Position numbers and translations under genes: made by a program. From Albugo candida (Eukaryota), in assembly GCA_040437565.1 (NCBI GenBank), contig JBDOQK010000021.1, forward strand, positions 186,001 to 250,000: a DNA stretch of 64,000 bases, read 5' to 3'. The notes beneath the pieces were generated by a model. It searched no databases. It had not been told where the DNA came from and worked only from the letters and a program-made list of their open reading frames with translations. This document shows positions 1 to 13,378 of this stretch, piece by piece; positions within the stretch are counted from its first letter, which is position 1; each line of letters starts with the position of its first letter.

Positions 1-2991
1 AGTGATTTGTTTGAGCTTGGAATTGGCCAGACGGACGCTCTTGCACGTACTTACGAGCATAGTTGCACATCCAAGCGTTCGTTTTCCATCTTGAAATAAG
101 TCTGGGCGATGTTCCAGAAATAATTCCTTAGCAATCGCTGCGCTTTAGACCTCTGCTCGTGTTGGAGGACATCAAGTAATGATGCGTCCAATCTGAGGGC
201 ATGAACATCAGAATAGCTTTACACTGGGCTTCATGTATGTATGACAGAGAATGTAGGAGGACTTGTGGCTAAAATCTTATTATCGGAAGCTTTCTTTCAA
301 CGTTTCTTTCTATGATTATCTTCAAAATTACATACGATTCGTATAGTCTCATGTTTTCCTCTCGCGTGTAATACTTCTTCAGTATGCTTCTACTTGATGC
401 GGAGGAGAAGTTGTTAGAGAGCGAATGAGCTCTCTACGACCTTTACTTGTTCCGTTTTCCACTGCTGTACATTTAACAAAGGGAACTCCAAGAGCATAGT
501 TCCATCTGACTTGCAACCCAAACGCACGCCACAAAATGGTAAACTTTTTTGCATGGGACGCATAGTAGGAAGCTTTGTAAATTAGCTGTTCAGCCATTTA
601 CAAATGCAGCAGGAAGGCACAATACTTGCTGAAGATGTTGTGAGGACAGACTGATGCAAACAACTTCTGCTTTCTAAGCGTATACCAAAGTGATTGGAAC
701 GTATTGAATTGCCCCACAACTCTATTGCCTCTTCTTGCCCAGTACTTAAAGCCTCATTCAGGGTCTGTCTCATCGTTGTAGCTGCTGTACTCCATCATTT
801 CACTATTGCAAATGCAGAGTTTGCAGTACGATCCCATATATTTCTCTGGAAGCAAGTGGCTTAATAGCCAGCTGCATGATTTTTCCAAAGTATGCGCTGA
901 CTATTCCTAACGTCACGAGGGCTGATAATTAAAATTGTTGAAGCGCAATACTCTAAATACAAACTCATATGCTGCAAATAAATTAGGAAAGCTGCTTTAT
1001 GTTGGGATTGATGCGCGTACTGGGACGTGCATACTGCGTATCGTATAAACATTCTACAGATGACCAAATTCTTCTCGATTCGATGTAGATGACATATTAG
1101 AAAGTCAATGGTGACACGGATGTACGGATTGCGAGATCAGATTTTCCCTTAGATCCTTTCGTTGGTACAGAAACCTCCATATCAAACAGTACGATATACT
1201 GTTAATGATGGTGCATTCACTTGCACATCTAAACTACTGCAGAATTCCGCAAAAAGAAGGCTGTGATGCATATGAAGATAGCCAGTGAAGAAGAACTACA
1301 TCACGATCTGCTCTTTCAATGCACAACACAGCTCGTTTATGAGGTCAACAAAGTCGTTGATTCATCACGAATGAGTACTGTTATATTATCAGCAGGTAAC
1401 AATGAACATTTCGCTACGGAACGAAACAATTTACGTGCGACTTGATGCTGCAAGATAGTGAGAATGAGATTCAATCTTTCATTATGTACTTTTAATGGAA
1501 AGATCGCTTACTGCAAACTCTATTTGTATCAATTATACTTGTTAAAAGGATGGGGTATTCTTACAAAGCTTTCCACTATTCTTACTCTCTTACAGACTTA
1601 AATCTGACTGATGAAAAAAGTATGGAGAAGAGATGAGCAGGATCAGTCTTTGAAATATCTCCGATTGTCTTCTCTATCCAATTGTTTCTATTCTCAGATT
1701 CAAGACGAAGAATACATCTGGCCATTTGGATTGTCACACAATCTCGTGCGTAGCTCCTCTTCAGTGTATAGAGCACACCCTAAACACTAAACCCTACTAA
1801 CTGATCCACAGCTGCTCTTTCGTGATAACACGCACCGATTATGGCGTCAATGAAAGCTGTCGGATCAGATTTACATTCAGAAGCAATCGTATCGAAAATG
1901 AGGAAATTCTGAAGCTCAGTGAAGTTTCACGTGTAAAGAAAGAAGAATCCGTCAATATGAGAAAGAGAATNNNNNNNNNNNNNNNNNNNNNNNNNNNNNN
2001 NNNNNNNNNNNNNNNNNNNNNNNNNNNNNNNNNNNNNNNNNNNNNNNNNNNNNNNNNNNNNNNNNNNNNNAATGAACATTTCGCTACGGAACGAAACAAT
2101 TTACGTGCGACTTGATGCTGCAAGATAGTGAGAATGAGATTCAATCTTTCATTATGTACTTTTAATGGAAAGATCGCTTACTGCAAACTCTATTTGTATC
2201 AATTATACTTGTTAAAAGGATGGGGTATTCTTACAAAGCTTTCCACTATTCTTACTCTCTTACAGACTTAAATCTGACTGATGAAAAAAGTATGGAGAAG
2301 AGATGAGCAGGATCAGTCTTTGAAATATCTCCGATTGTCTTCTCTATCCAATTGTTTCTATTCTCAGATTCAAGACGAAGAATACATCTGGCCATTTGGA
2401 TTGTCACACAATCTCGTGCGTAGCTCCTCTTCAGTGTATAGAGCACACCCTAAACACTAAACCCTACTAACTGATCCACAGCTGCTCTTTCGTGATAACA
2501 CGCACCGATTATGGCGTCAATGAAAGCTGTCGGATCAGATTTACATTCAGAAGCAATCGTATCGAAAATGAGGAAATTCTGAAGCTCAGTGAAGTTTCAC
2601 GTGTAAAGAAAGAAGAATCCGTCAATATGAGAAAGAGAATAGCAGAGACAGATTCTAGATCGGTTTGAGATACTGTCGCTACGATCTTTCCAACACTCCA
2701 TCAATTCTGTGGAGGGTACCATTCCGTGTCCAGGACGTGGCGTTTTCTTGGTAGAAGAATTACCTAATCACCTATGACGTAAGTGAGAATTCATATGACA
2801 TGCGTCTTATTACCTAATAAACAGGCTTAAATAAGCTGCGTATAGAGAGTAGTCCACGTCAGAATGACGTCACTGCAGCAGGAATCAATCGTATGCAACT
2901 TCACAATCCATATCTTTACATCCTATATGTGATTGGAAGGCATCCGAATACTCCACAATTCAATTTGCTTCCAACCCCCCAGTAGGCACAC

Positions 2992-3537
2992 ATGATCTCC
3001 CGTAGCTTCTTAGCTGTCGTACTCAGTCTCTCCAGTGCTTCAAATACGAATTTCGTGCGACATCTTGCTCGTCCGGTGGTAACTGAGATAAAAGATTATT
3101 TTGTGCCCTCCTGCCCCTTCAATAGCGAGACGGGGATTGAATTTTATGATTTGGATGGAAATAACCACTGCCTGGATTTGAAAAATCCCTTATCTCCGTG
3201 GTGCATCAACCAATTGCCACAATTGCTGATGCTTATAATCAGGAACATTTTCCCACCGAATCCAGGAAACGAGAAGAAGTATTACGAAAAGTTGGGTTGG
3301 AAAGATGTCTCCACAAAGTTGGCAACGGTGTTTCCGTATACCTCCTTTGATCAGAGTGAGAAAGCTGTAAGGAGATGGATGGTTTCTCTTTACGTTTTCA
3401 TGGCCGAAGATTCACGGATTCAGAATGGTCTCACCACCGAAATTTGGCCTCACACAAAAGACCCAAATCTAGCTTTCTTTAACAGACTTGCATTGTGGGT
3501 TCAGACGAATTGCATGAAAGTTGCCCGTATGAAGTAG
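2992..3537 (+). CDS. Secreted 4-Cys family member A (intact, 181 aa), candidate effector
   Basis: Signal-peptide-like N-terminus (MISRSFLAVVLSLSSA). Carries SCP...C...C and C-terminal FFNRLALWVQTNC, which align by eye with ORFs at 34.1, 41.6 and 51.4 kb. Shares the family upstream motifs. Confidence 0.8.
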   Translation: MISRSFLAVVLSLSSASNTNFVRHLARPVVTEIKDYFVPSCPFNSETGIEFYDLDGNNHCLDLKNPLSPWCINQLPQLLMLIIRNIFPPNPGNEKKYYEKLGWKDVSTKLATVFPYTSFDQSEKAVRRWMVSLYVFMAEDSRIQNGLTTEIWPHTKDPNLAFFNRLALWVQTNCMKVARMK

Positions 3538-4385
3538 GATTCATTGCGCTATCATTGGTGCCAAATTGCGTTAATACATTCTAATCGTTTTCATTCGATT
3601 CTTTTCCAATTTTCGCTTCTAATTGAGATGAGGGCTGTGCATGCAACCGGAGCACCTTCACTGTTTCATATGCTTTGTCCGGAAGCAGATCGACGTGATT
3701 CCGTGATGAGTTGTGGCTGCAGTGTAAGCTGCAAAGTTGCCTCGTAACCTCCCACAAATTCAAACGAATGAAAACGATCGAGATTTGTCAATCAAATCAT
3801 ATCATTCACTCCAATGTCCACAGTCCTGATCGTTGATTACAATAATCACAAAAAATGTCCAAGTGATAGTATTCCGTGCTCGAACCATAAGCGCTTTCAA
3901 CCTTGTAAATCGTTTCGAAAGGTTTCATGTTGCTCTAAATGAGGAAGATAACGCACGTTTACACACGCAAGAAGGTACAGGTACGAACAGATCGGTCGCC
4001 AGACTGATAACTCCATAACAACGATTGTGCAGATGTCGAAGATTATCTGCTGAATAGCGATAACAAAACTCGAGTGGTATCATCGCCATTGAGTACGTGG
4101 CGATTGAATCATAGCTGAAAATCGATACAATGTGAATAAGAGTGAGTGATCGATTAATTGAAGTGGAAATGGATCTCATGCACTTGAGATGCATCCTGGT
4201 TGCTCCAAATTTTCCATCAAGTAGTGATTCCTTATATAACGTGAGAATCCCACCACATAAAGTGAGTGTTCGTATATCAATCGAATTTACGTGCACGTCA
4301 CAGCTCGAAAGTGTGTGTGCCTGAAGCAAACTGATTGGCAGAAATACCACAAATATCAACCAATCACAACCCCACATGCCACCTC

Positions 4386-6381
4386 ATGCGTCCGAACATT
4401 TTCCACCGAATTGAAAGCGTTTACGGCGTTTGTCGATCGCTCAGAAACACACGTCGTCCATTCTTCCTCACTACCAAGCGATCCTTTGCAAAAAATGCGT
4501 CCATTGAACATACCAATTTCCTCACTCAGCAGCTATTCGAACGAATCCAAAACCACCAAAATGACCAAAACGAGTCGAAGGAACAGAACGACTTTGCATC
4601 CGCATGGAAATCAAGGAANNNNNNNNNNNNNNNNNNNNNNNNNNNNNNNNNNNNNNNNNNNNNNNNNNNNNNNNNNNNNNNNNNNNNNNNNNNNNNNNNN
4701 NNNNNNNNNNNNNNNNNNTCGTCCATTCTTCCTCACTACCAAGCGATCCTTTGCAAAAAATGCGTCCATTGAACATACCAATTTCCTCACTCAGCAGCTA
4801 TTCGAACGAATCCAAAACCACCAAAATGACCAAAACGAGTCGAAGGAACAGAACGACTTTGCATCCGCATGGAAATCAAGGAATAGGACCACTAGAACCG
4901 TTACAGCATCCATGAACCTTCCTGATAGTGGAAATATTGTCGATGTGCGTGAATGCGTCGCGATTGTCTCGGGTCTTGGCGACGCAGGCGTTGGATCCAT
5001 TGTAGCGATATCTTCCACCTCTCATGAAAATTGCCATGTCGAGTGGTATGGAGTCGTAATGTATATGGGGAAACGCTCAGCACACATTGCGTTGATTCCT
5101 GCTGTGTGGAATAAGTGCAGTGGGGCGAAACGCGTGCCCGTTTCGATTGGAATGGAAGCCAACGTCGTCCCTGGTCAATTTGTATTGATTCTCCCTGAAA
5201 ATGGTTCTGTTCATTTCGTCAGCGATCTCATTAGAGCTCCTGAGAATTCCCAAAAGGACACTTCAGTGTCGACTTCTCTTCCATTTTTCATGGGATCCAA
5301 ATGCGTTCCAAGTTTCATGTCGCGAAGACCTCTTCATACTCCATTTCGTACGGGAGTTCTCGCAATTGATTGTTTCCAACCGCTTGCATGTGGCCATCGT
5401 CTTGGTGTCTTTGGACCGCTTCATTCCGGTAAATCGGAGCTGATGTTGGAAATCATTGTCAATCATGTGAATGAGTGCAAGGAACGCGGCATCCAACCTC
5501 CTCATTTTGTCTACGTTTGTGTCGGACAGAATGCTCATCGTATCCGTCGCATCTCAAAAGCGTTCGAGGACGCAAATGTGTCCATGCACACGACAATCGT
5601 AGCTACGTCCAACTATGATGCACTCATGTTGCAGTACTTGACACCATTTATCGGATGTATGGTTGCCGAGCGTCATAAAGCTCCGAAGACTGTGGTCGTT
5701 TATGATGATTTGGCGATGCATTCGACGATTACGGAGCAATTGATCCAATTGATTGAGCTTCCTCGATCTGCGTTGAGTATATTCGATGGTGTTGCAATTT
5801 TGATGGAACGCTCGGGTCGATTTGAAGTGAATGGGTCGGAGCGTTCGATGACGACATTTGCGCTTGCAACATCCGGAAGAGAGACAGCGGAGATGCATGA
5901 GCGGTTGAGGTCGCTGGTGGATGACGTTGTGTCGATTCCGAATGATGTCGTGTTGCCGGGTAAATCGATTCGTGGTGCGCCGTTCCAGATAAAAGGCTTG
6001 TGGCGATGGAATCAACGAGTGCGTGCGCGTATCAATTCCATTGCGAGGAAAGCTGCCAGCATGGACGAAGCACGACAGCTTGGAATTGAGCCTGAAGGCA
6101 GCCAGATCATGGAGTACCAGCAATTCGTGAGAGAATTCTTCACGCAGAAAGCTGTTTTGGAAAAGGAAAGAATCCTTCTGGGTGTCATGTTTCTCGCAAT
6201 AGTTGAAATGGATCGACTTCCATCTCCATTCCGAATCTCTTCCTTCTTGGACAAGGCGATGGCAGCATTGATGCATTCAGATACACTTGGAAAACAATTG
6301 GAAGTCGCACTTGCGGCTGGAGATTGGACGACATCACTCGACCAAGCTTTGATTGCTTTTTTGAAGCAGCAGATTGAATAA
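4386..6381 (+). CDS. Divergent F1-ATP synthase alpha-subunit-like protein with putative mitochondrial transit peptide
   Basis: Motifs TGVLAIDCFQPLACGHRLGVFGPLHSGKS (Walker A), VYVCVGQ, LQYLTPFIGC, VVYDDL and ERSG. ATG at 4386 gives an Arg-rich N-terminus MRPNIFHR...RRPFFLTTKRSF. Sequence 4454-4618 is duplicated across the N gap (artefact). Confidence 0.75.
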
Positions 6382-6550
6382 TTGGAGTGAGATGCCGTTC
6401 GTTGAATGAATTGCAATTCCAATACCTGATATTGAGATAGTTTGAATTCGACAAAGTTTCTGTGGAAAACAAATTGTGAGAGGCTATAAAACATATCGCA
6501 TTCCAACGGTAATTCTGCAAGAATGCCAAATTGTGTGTATTTGTTACGAC

Positions 6551-9455
6551 CTAAAGGAGAATCTTACGCAAGACATTCTTCAGCGCCACACTTACATCCC
6601 GATTCGCTGTGCGGATAGCCAACTGATACGAATTCATTGCGTCGATTTCCACGCGAACGATACATCCAATTGAGACTTTATCGCCATTCGGACCTAATGT
6701 TCCTGTACGGAAGGTTCCCGCGACGCACAATTGGTTGTCGGTGGATCCCTGCATGACGGAAGGAGTAAGGAAAGGGAATGAGAAGAGGATTTCTTACCTC
6801 TACAAGCGCGAATTTGATGTCTTCTGTGAGATTGCGTCGAATTTGCATCGTATCGATCGTGATGGAGCTCTTCCACGAGTCGTATTGCTCACGATCTTGA
6901 CCTTCTAACGCTTGCCAACGCGTAAGGAAATCGTGTCGGGGTAATTGAACAGGCTCTATGAAGGATGTAACGTGGCAGGGAAGACGCATTTCGTACGCGT
7001 AAAGTCTTCCATTGCATGTGAATGAGACCTTTAGCGTTGGCGCATCGTGAAATGGAGCCATACATTCCATCATAAGCTGCTGGACGATTTGCTGTTTGGA
7101 TGCGAGTTGGGAAGCCATTGGATCGGTTTGCATTCGAAATGCGTTATTCGATACGCCGCACTTTGAGGTATCGATTTCCACTTGGAAAGACGTTAACGAA
7201 TGAGCGCATTTGTTGCCGTAAAAGATTCCCAAACGACATTGTGGAGGTCGATACTCTTGTTTCACTCCAATTTGGAGGAATTCATTCTCTAAGAGAACTC
7301 CTTGCGCATTCAATAAGAGATTGCGATACCATTCCGATACTTTGGCTGATGTGACAGCATCGAACCCAACTGCATGCTGAGGCGCCGGAGGTGCATCTCC
7401 AAAGACATCGAGGAGGTCGGAGACAGGATTGGCACTTCGAATGACTTCTTTGGAGGTTGCAGTGGAGTTGGAAGTGCCGAGTTTAGCGCCGCTGACAGGT
7501 TGGACCGAGTCGAGAGAGAGTAGATCCACGTGATTTGATTGCTGAGAGGATGTGTCATTGTCTCTAATTCGGTCGGTTTCGATAGAGTTGCTGGCGATTT
7601 TGTTTTCTTCACCGACTGCTGCTTTCTGCTGATTACGAAGACGTAAGATCAAGGCGGATTCGCGATTCTCGGGGAATATTGGCATCGGCTCTAGCACTTT
7701 TTTCATTAGATCGTCGCCAATTTGATCCAAGCAAAAGTACTCGCACGCCCGTTGCTGTATTTCCAAGTCCATATTGCTCGAACATTGTTTGAACACATCT
7801 AAAATCAATGGACGTATCTCATCGTACAAGTTTTCCATCTTGACAAACGCTGAGAGAATGAGACAACGCGTTGGAATTGATGACACCATAAAGTGTTTGT
7901 GAAGCAATTGGAACTGTTTTTCACTTGACATGTCAGGCAACTCGCATATCAAATACCCAAATTCGCCGAGAACATATGCTCCAAACTTAGCAGTTGTCTC
8001 GTCAATGTGTTTGGGCTCTAAGGCGCGGAACATCACTTCAGCCGCATACTTTTGTAATTCTTCTTTGTTGGTGACAATTTGAACCACGCGGTGCCATACA
8101 TCGTCGGGAACTTGTGATCCAGCGATCGTGATGAGTTGAAGAACAGTGTCCACATACCACCGGAGGTTCTTGGCGTACTTTTCAGCCAAAATGGCGGCTT
8201 TCAATACGATTTCTTCGCGAATCGCTCCCTCAGCAACGGGTAAATAATTGACGAGCTCATTGACGATTTCCAGTGCGTTTTCAGTATCACACATGGAAAA
8301 TAAGAGATCCAATGCTCTTCGACGAATGGAATTGTCGGCATCTTTGAGAGAGAAGAGAACTGTGTCTTTGTGTGCTTTGACAGCATTCACGTCGCCTTCC
8401 AAACGAACGTACCGATACATGGAATCCAAGCCGATGTAGCGGATATTTGGCTCCGACAGTGAGATGAATCGAGCCAAAAGTTGAATCCCTTGTTCTTTGA
8501 GCTGTGGGTCGCTTCGTTTTCCTTGTGCAATGACCAAATTGACTGTTTCAATCAAAACTGCGAATGCGGCATTATTCTTTGCTCCTTTTCCTGGAAGCGG
8601 TCGTGCTAAAATACGATGCAGCACATCATTTAATTTAGCGTCCACACTTTTGTCTTTGCTGGCACCAAACTGCTGAAGGATGCGTAATAACTTGACTTGC
8701 AACCATGGACATGGAGTGTTGTAATACATGTAGTCTCGAGGACACGCTTTGTGGTTGACAAGTGTTCCCAATCGAGTGACGCACACGTCGTAAAGGGAAC
8801 TCAACTTGGTCGGATGCAAAGACATGGACGTCTGCAATAAACTGGCTGCTGATGTGACAACACCCAAATGTGTCTCCGACATGAGCGTAACTAAACGTGT
8901 TTCAAGATCTTCGACGGGAATCAAGTCGGGATTTGGGATCAACATACGTCGAACACATAAAGCGGCTTTCTTGCGGACATGAGCGATACTTGCTGAGCTC
9001 ATGAGAAGGCTGACGACGTCGGGAGATAACGCTTCGGAGAATTCACTTCCACCCAAATTTGCGACACAACACAGCGCCAAACATTGATGACTTGCTTCCA
9101 CAGATTTCAAATCGTTCCGAATCGAATTCACAACCAGTGTCATGAGTTCATCGGAGCTTTTCAAAAGGATGGAGCAGCCCAAATAGCCCAAACACTTTTC
9201 CGAGTATTTGGTGCTGGATACGAGATTGATTACTTGCATATGACCAAAGTCGATGTCGTAGCCCAGCATGAAGATATAGATGAGTTTCCATGCGTATTTC
9301 TTCTTGTCGTAAGAATTGAGTTGATGGTTTTGGGTAAATTTCTGACGGATTTTGCCCAACTCTTTATCCACTCGTTTTTGTTCTTCTTCGTGTGAAGTGC
9401 ACGAACGCAGCTCACTGATAAAGTTGTTGAGTCCTCGCGCACTGAACATGGCCAT
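6551..9455 (-). CDS. AP2A: AP-2 adaptor complex subunit alpha
   Basis: Contains RGLNNFISELR, EEEQKRVDKELGKIR, YDKKKYAWKLIYIFMLGY, PCPWLQVKLLR, DLEIQQRACEY and an ear domain. GT-AG intron at 6749-6797. The 5' end is repeated to 9809 across the gap (artefact). Confidence 0.95.
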
Positions 9456-10328
9456 AATTCNNNNNNNNNNNNNNNNNNNNNNNNNNNNNNNNNNNNNNNN
9501 NNNNNNNNNNNNNNNNNNNNNNNNNNNNNNNNNNNNNNNNNNNNNNNNNNNNNNNNNNNNTTTGGTGCTGGATACGAGATTGATTACTTGCATATGACCA
9601 AAGTCGATGTCGTAGCCCAGCATGAAGATATAGATGAGTTTCCATGCGTATTTCTTCTTGTCGTAAGAATTGAGTTGATGGTTTTGGGTAAATTTCTGAC
9701 GGATTTTGCCCAACTCTTTATCCACTCGTTTTTGTTCTTCTTCGTGTGAAGTGCACGAACGCAGCTCACTGATAAAGTTGTTGAGTCCTCGCGCACTGAA
9801 CATGGCCATAATTCACTTTGTCGGCTACAAAAACGCTTTGAGCTTTGAGTGTCGAAATGCCTTTGACTCTGAAAAGACGCAACGTTTCGAAAAGGCGTTT
9901 TGATGAAAAAAAGTTTAGAGGCAAATGAGTTTCAACAGTGACATTTCATAAAAGTTACTTTGAGCTACAAAACAAGAGGAATTATCGCGCGACGACGAAG
10001 TATCTTGTACTCCGTACCGTACGTCTTGATGTAGTTGCGGTGTTTCTTCAGCGCCCATTGTGTCATTTGTAACAAGCCCANNNNNNNNNNNNNNNNNNNN
10101 NNNNNNNNNNNNNNNNNNNNNNNNNNNNNNNNNNNNNNNNNNNNNNNNNNNNNNNNNNNNNNNNNNNNNNNNNNNNNNNNTTTGTCGGCTACAAAAACGC
10201 TTTGAGCTTTGAGTGTCGAAATGCCTTTGACTCTGAAAAGACGCAACGTTTCGAAAAGGCGTTTTGATGAAAAAAAGTTTAGAGGCAAATGAGTTTCAAC
10301 AGTGACATTTCATAAAAGTTACTTTGAG

Positions 10329-11290
10329 CTACAAAACAAGAGGAATTATCGCGCGACGACGAAGTATCTTGTACTCCGTACCGTACGTCTTGATGTAGTT
10401 GCGGTGTTTCTTCAGCGCCCATTGTGTCATTTGTAACAAGCCCATCAACGTGAACACGTAGCTGTAGAAGATTTGTGTCAAGATGCAAAATCCAATCCAG
10501 CCCATTACTTCGAACGTGTAATTGGGGCATGATACGAGTGCAAACAACGGGCCTTTGGGTATTGGACGAGCATGCGAACCATCTTTTGGTCGTAAGGAGC
10601 GAAGTTGGAGATGTACGGCCAAGTTGAGTATTTCTGAAAGTAGAAATACAAGCAGACCAAACTGAATCTGAAGTTGATTGGATGGACTTTGGTAAAGAGG
10701 ATGACATAAGGGATAGCCGATAGCTGCTCCAAAACACCAGTAATAAGCACAGTTTTTGAATAAATTAAACATGGGCATGGTCGCATGACTGAAGCGGTGC
10801 ACGAAGAGAGTTTCCAGCTCTCGTTTTATGAAATGAGTATTCCAGCAAATAATTCCCAAACGTGCGGTAGTATTGAAATATTTTTGATTGGATTGGTCAC
10901 CGTAGATCCACCAAGGACGATATGAGTACAGCAATACAATCAGAAGCGGTCCAAGGTATTCGAGGATGAATACTGTTCGGTAACCGATTTGCGGTCCCAA
11001 GTCTTTAAATACCAATTCCGAGCCATTTTGTACTCCCATCGATTTCAAAGGCTTCATATCGTCCATCAAAGGCTAAGATTGAATTATAATACAAGGAAGT
11101 TCGATTTGAAATACACGCCCGTTACCTTTAAGTCATCTCCATTTCGTAGCTTGTAAGATTGCCGATGATAGCTGACATTATGCAGCTTTTGGAATTTACT
11201 CTTTAAATCTTTGAGAGAACAGGAATCGCTGACATCAAGAGCGCCAAAATCGCGGGATTTTTTCCCGATCTTCACAATCTTAAGTTCCAT
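10329..11290 (-). CDS. TECR: Very-long-chain trans-2-enoyl-CoA reductase
   Basis: Ubiquitin-like N-terminus followed by FKDLGPQIGYRTVFILEYLGP, ETLFVHRFSHATMP and VSCPNYTFE. Intron at 11073-11125. Confidence 0.92.
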
Positions 11291-11369
11291 GTGTCTCAAA
11301 AACGAAGAATCTGAGCCTTTGGCGAATAAATAGCCAATCCATGTTGAGCATTGCGATCGACCAGTAAAT

Positions 11370-12449
11370 ATGGCAATATCGTTGCGTTTTCCAGAGGAAG
11401 CGATTCTCAGGTGCCTATAATCGCTGCAAATTGTACAGAAGCTTGACACTCTGATATGTGCACGTTAGTTCTCGTGCTTTTGATGTGACCGAGGAGCTGG
11501 ATTTTCTCAACGAAAAAGGAGTCCCAGAGACAATGCAATCGGACACTCCAAAAGCCTTTATGCGGGTATGCCACAATCTCAATACTGTTCCAAATCGAGC
11601 GCCGAATCATTGAATCGCATTTAGTGGAATTGTCAATTGCGTCAAGCACAATCGACAAAATTTGTAAATTCGAAGCTCGTTGCAAAATCGCTTCTTGTAG
11701 CAGCACCAGGAAGTGCACAGCACTTAATGCAGGCGATCGTGACTTCTGGTGAATGGAATGCAATTGGAGCAATCGTTGTCACGAGTTTGTTACCCGTACG
11801 ATTTTGTCGATAGCTTTTCAATATCAAATAATGAGCTTTTCGTTGCAGGCACATATCCAGCTAAAGGATCCGAGCCTTACGTGTGGATGCACAGTCTACT
11901 CGTCGCATTCAATCCACGACGCTGCTTTTGGTGACTTGATTGTAATCATCTGTGCTCAAGAGATCCCAAATGACGCGATGTACGTCTGGCTCAAAGCGAT
12001 TCAGAATCATTTTCAATCAGATGAAATCCTTTGCTTGGATTCGCATCTGCGAACGATTTATTCCACGCACGAAGAAAATTTGAGTGACACCGCCGTGATG
12101 AAAATGCTCTTTTCCTCAGCGACGAAAAGTGGTGATCTTTGTTCACAAGGAGCCTCTTTTCCCATCTTTCAAACTCCGCAGTTTGTGACTGGTGTCTCCG
12201 CTGCTCTATTGACACATGTAAGAGCTGTACGTGTCATTCTCGCTTTACACCGCACTAATTTTTATTTCATAGGGTGAAATCAACAACCGCTGTGTTCGGC
12301 TTTACATCTGCACGCATTCTGCATCAACGACAAAGGAAGAGTGTGTGCGGTGCTTTCTTCCACTTCTACTGTCCCTCAACCTGGAGTCGTGTCAGCACCA
12401 GTTCCAAGCACTTTGCGTCGAAGAAGCGCCCCATTTACTATACATTTGA
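11370..12449 (+). CDS. PSMG1: Proteasome assembly chaperone 1-like (multi-exon)
   Basis: Spliced reconstruction MAISLRFPEEAILSSRAFD...FQTPQFVTGVSAALLTH|GEINN...LLYI*. The G..AALLTH.E motif and C-terminal LYI resemble PAC1. Exon boundaries were inferred by eye. Confidence 0.6.
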
Positions 12450-12612
12450 TAGCAGCACACTCACTTCCACTTTTTGAATGAGAATGAATGCGCTTTTGAT
12501 GTGCGCGCGACAGAGAAAATTAAAAAATGAGAGTGAATTTACTTTCTGTTTACTTCAACTTCAACTTCAACCAACCCCCACGAATGCTCTCAATAAAAGA
12601 CTCTTGATTGTT

Positions 12613-12965
12613 TTACTTGCGTTCGTCATTGGGTTTGAGCACTTGAGAGCGGTTAAATTCGGGTTCTTTGTCGTTGAGTGCCTGTTGCATTTGCCTTATT
12701 TGCTGTAGTGTTCCTAGATACGTTGCCCGGCAGATGAACCTAGTAACATCACTCGTAAGTGCGGCTGGTTCCCATTGCTTTATTCTTACCAGCTTCCGGC
12801 GGCCGCTACACCGAAAGATGTGATCGCATAGTCACACGCTTTACGGACGTGACGTGTTGTACGGTATTGATGTAATCCGACAAGTGTGCCACAAGCGATT
12901 CCCCACATCATACCCGAGCGAAAACACGGAGGATTGTGAAGTAGCTCGCGGTTGGTCGGCGTCAT
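12613..12965 (-). CDS. COX20: Cytochrome c oxidase assembly factor COX20-like
   Basis: PPCFRSGMMWGI...KACDYAITSFGVAAAGSW|FICR, with two TM segments and a Cys pattern typical of COX20. Intron at 12740-12789. Start codon uncertain. Confidence 0.75.
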
Positions 12966-13028
12966 TGCCGTCACGCACCTAAGAATTGTTGTTATGTACG
13001 TTTTGATGCGATCAAGTACGGATTAAGG

Positions 13029-13378
13029 ATGATGAATCGACCGCATTCCGGACTGCAAAAACAAGTACTGCAACTGTACAAATTACTTCTAAAAGCAGCG
13101 AAACGGAAAGATCAGGGTGCAGAGAATCAAGGAGGAACTACATATCGCTATGTCCGCGAGCGTTTTCGTGAGAATGTAAGGATGTACTTGTCACAAAAAC
13201 TTGGTCTGAGTGCTGGTGTCTTACCTTATTTGAGGCGGAAAGCGTTGACCGATCGGATTTTGCCAAAATTGAGTATTTATTGCGGAAAGGAGACCGTGAT
13301 TTGAAAATGGTTGATCGTATTAAATCAGCGAACTTTACACGAGTCCGACCGCATTTCAACAAGCCGGAAACTCTATAA
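13029..13378 (+). CDS. SDHAF1: Succinate dehydrogenase assembly factor 1 (LYR protein)
   Basis: HSGLQKQVLQLYK...RERFREN|AESVDRSDFAKIEYLLRKG. Intron at about 13176-13234. Confidence 0.8.

Noticed and set aside
1401-2640. Apparent exact 570-bp tandem duplication, and similar ones at 4454-4883, 9208-9813, 9827-10444, 16008-16757, 36910-37650, 38331-38562, 56522-56721 and 63366-64000
   Set aside because: Each pair is identical and straddles a 100-N gap, indicating unmerged contig overlaps (assembly artefact) rather than biology.
4291-4618. N-terminal ~110 aa of the 696-aa ORF
   Set aside because: Wrong frame joined through Ns. The real N-terminus is the frame starting at ATG 4386.
5554-6529. 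Long antisense ORFs (240, 164 and 114 aa) and similar shadow ORFs over AP2A, the helicase and the membrane protein
   Set aside because: They overlap well-supported genes on the other strand and have no recognisable motifs.
9456-9809. Doubled N-terminus of AP-2 alpha in the 1043-aa ORF
   Set aside because: Produced by the gap-flanking duplication.
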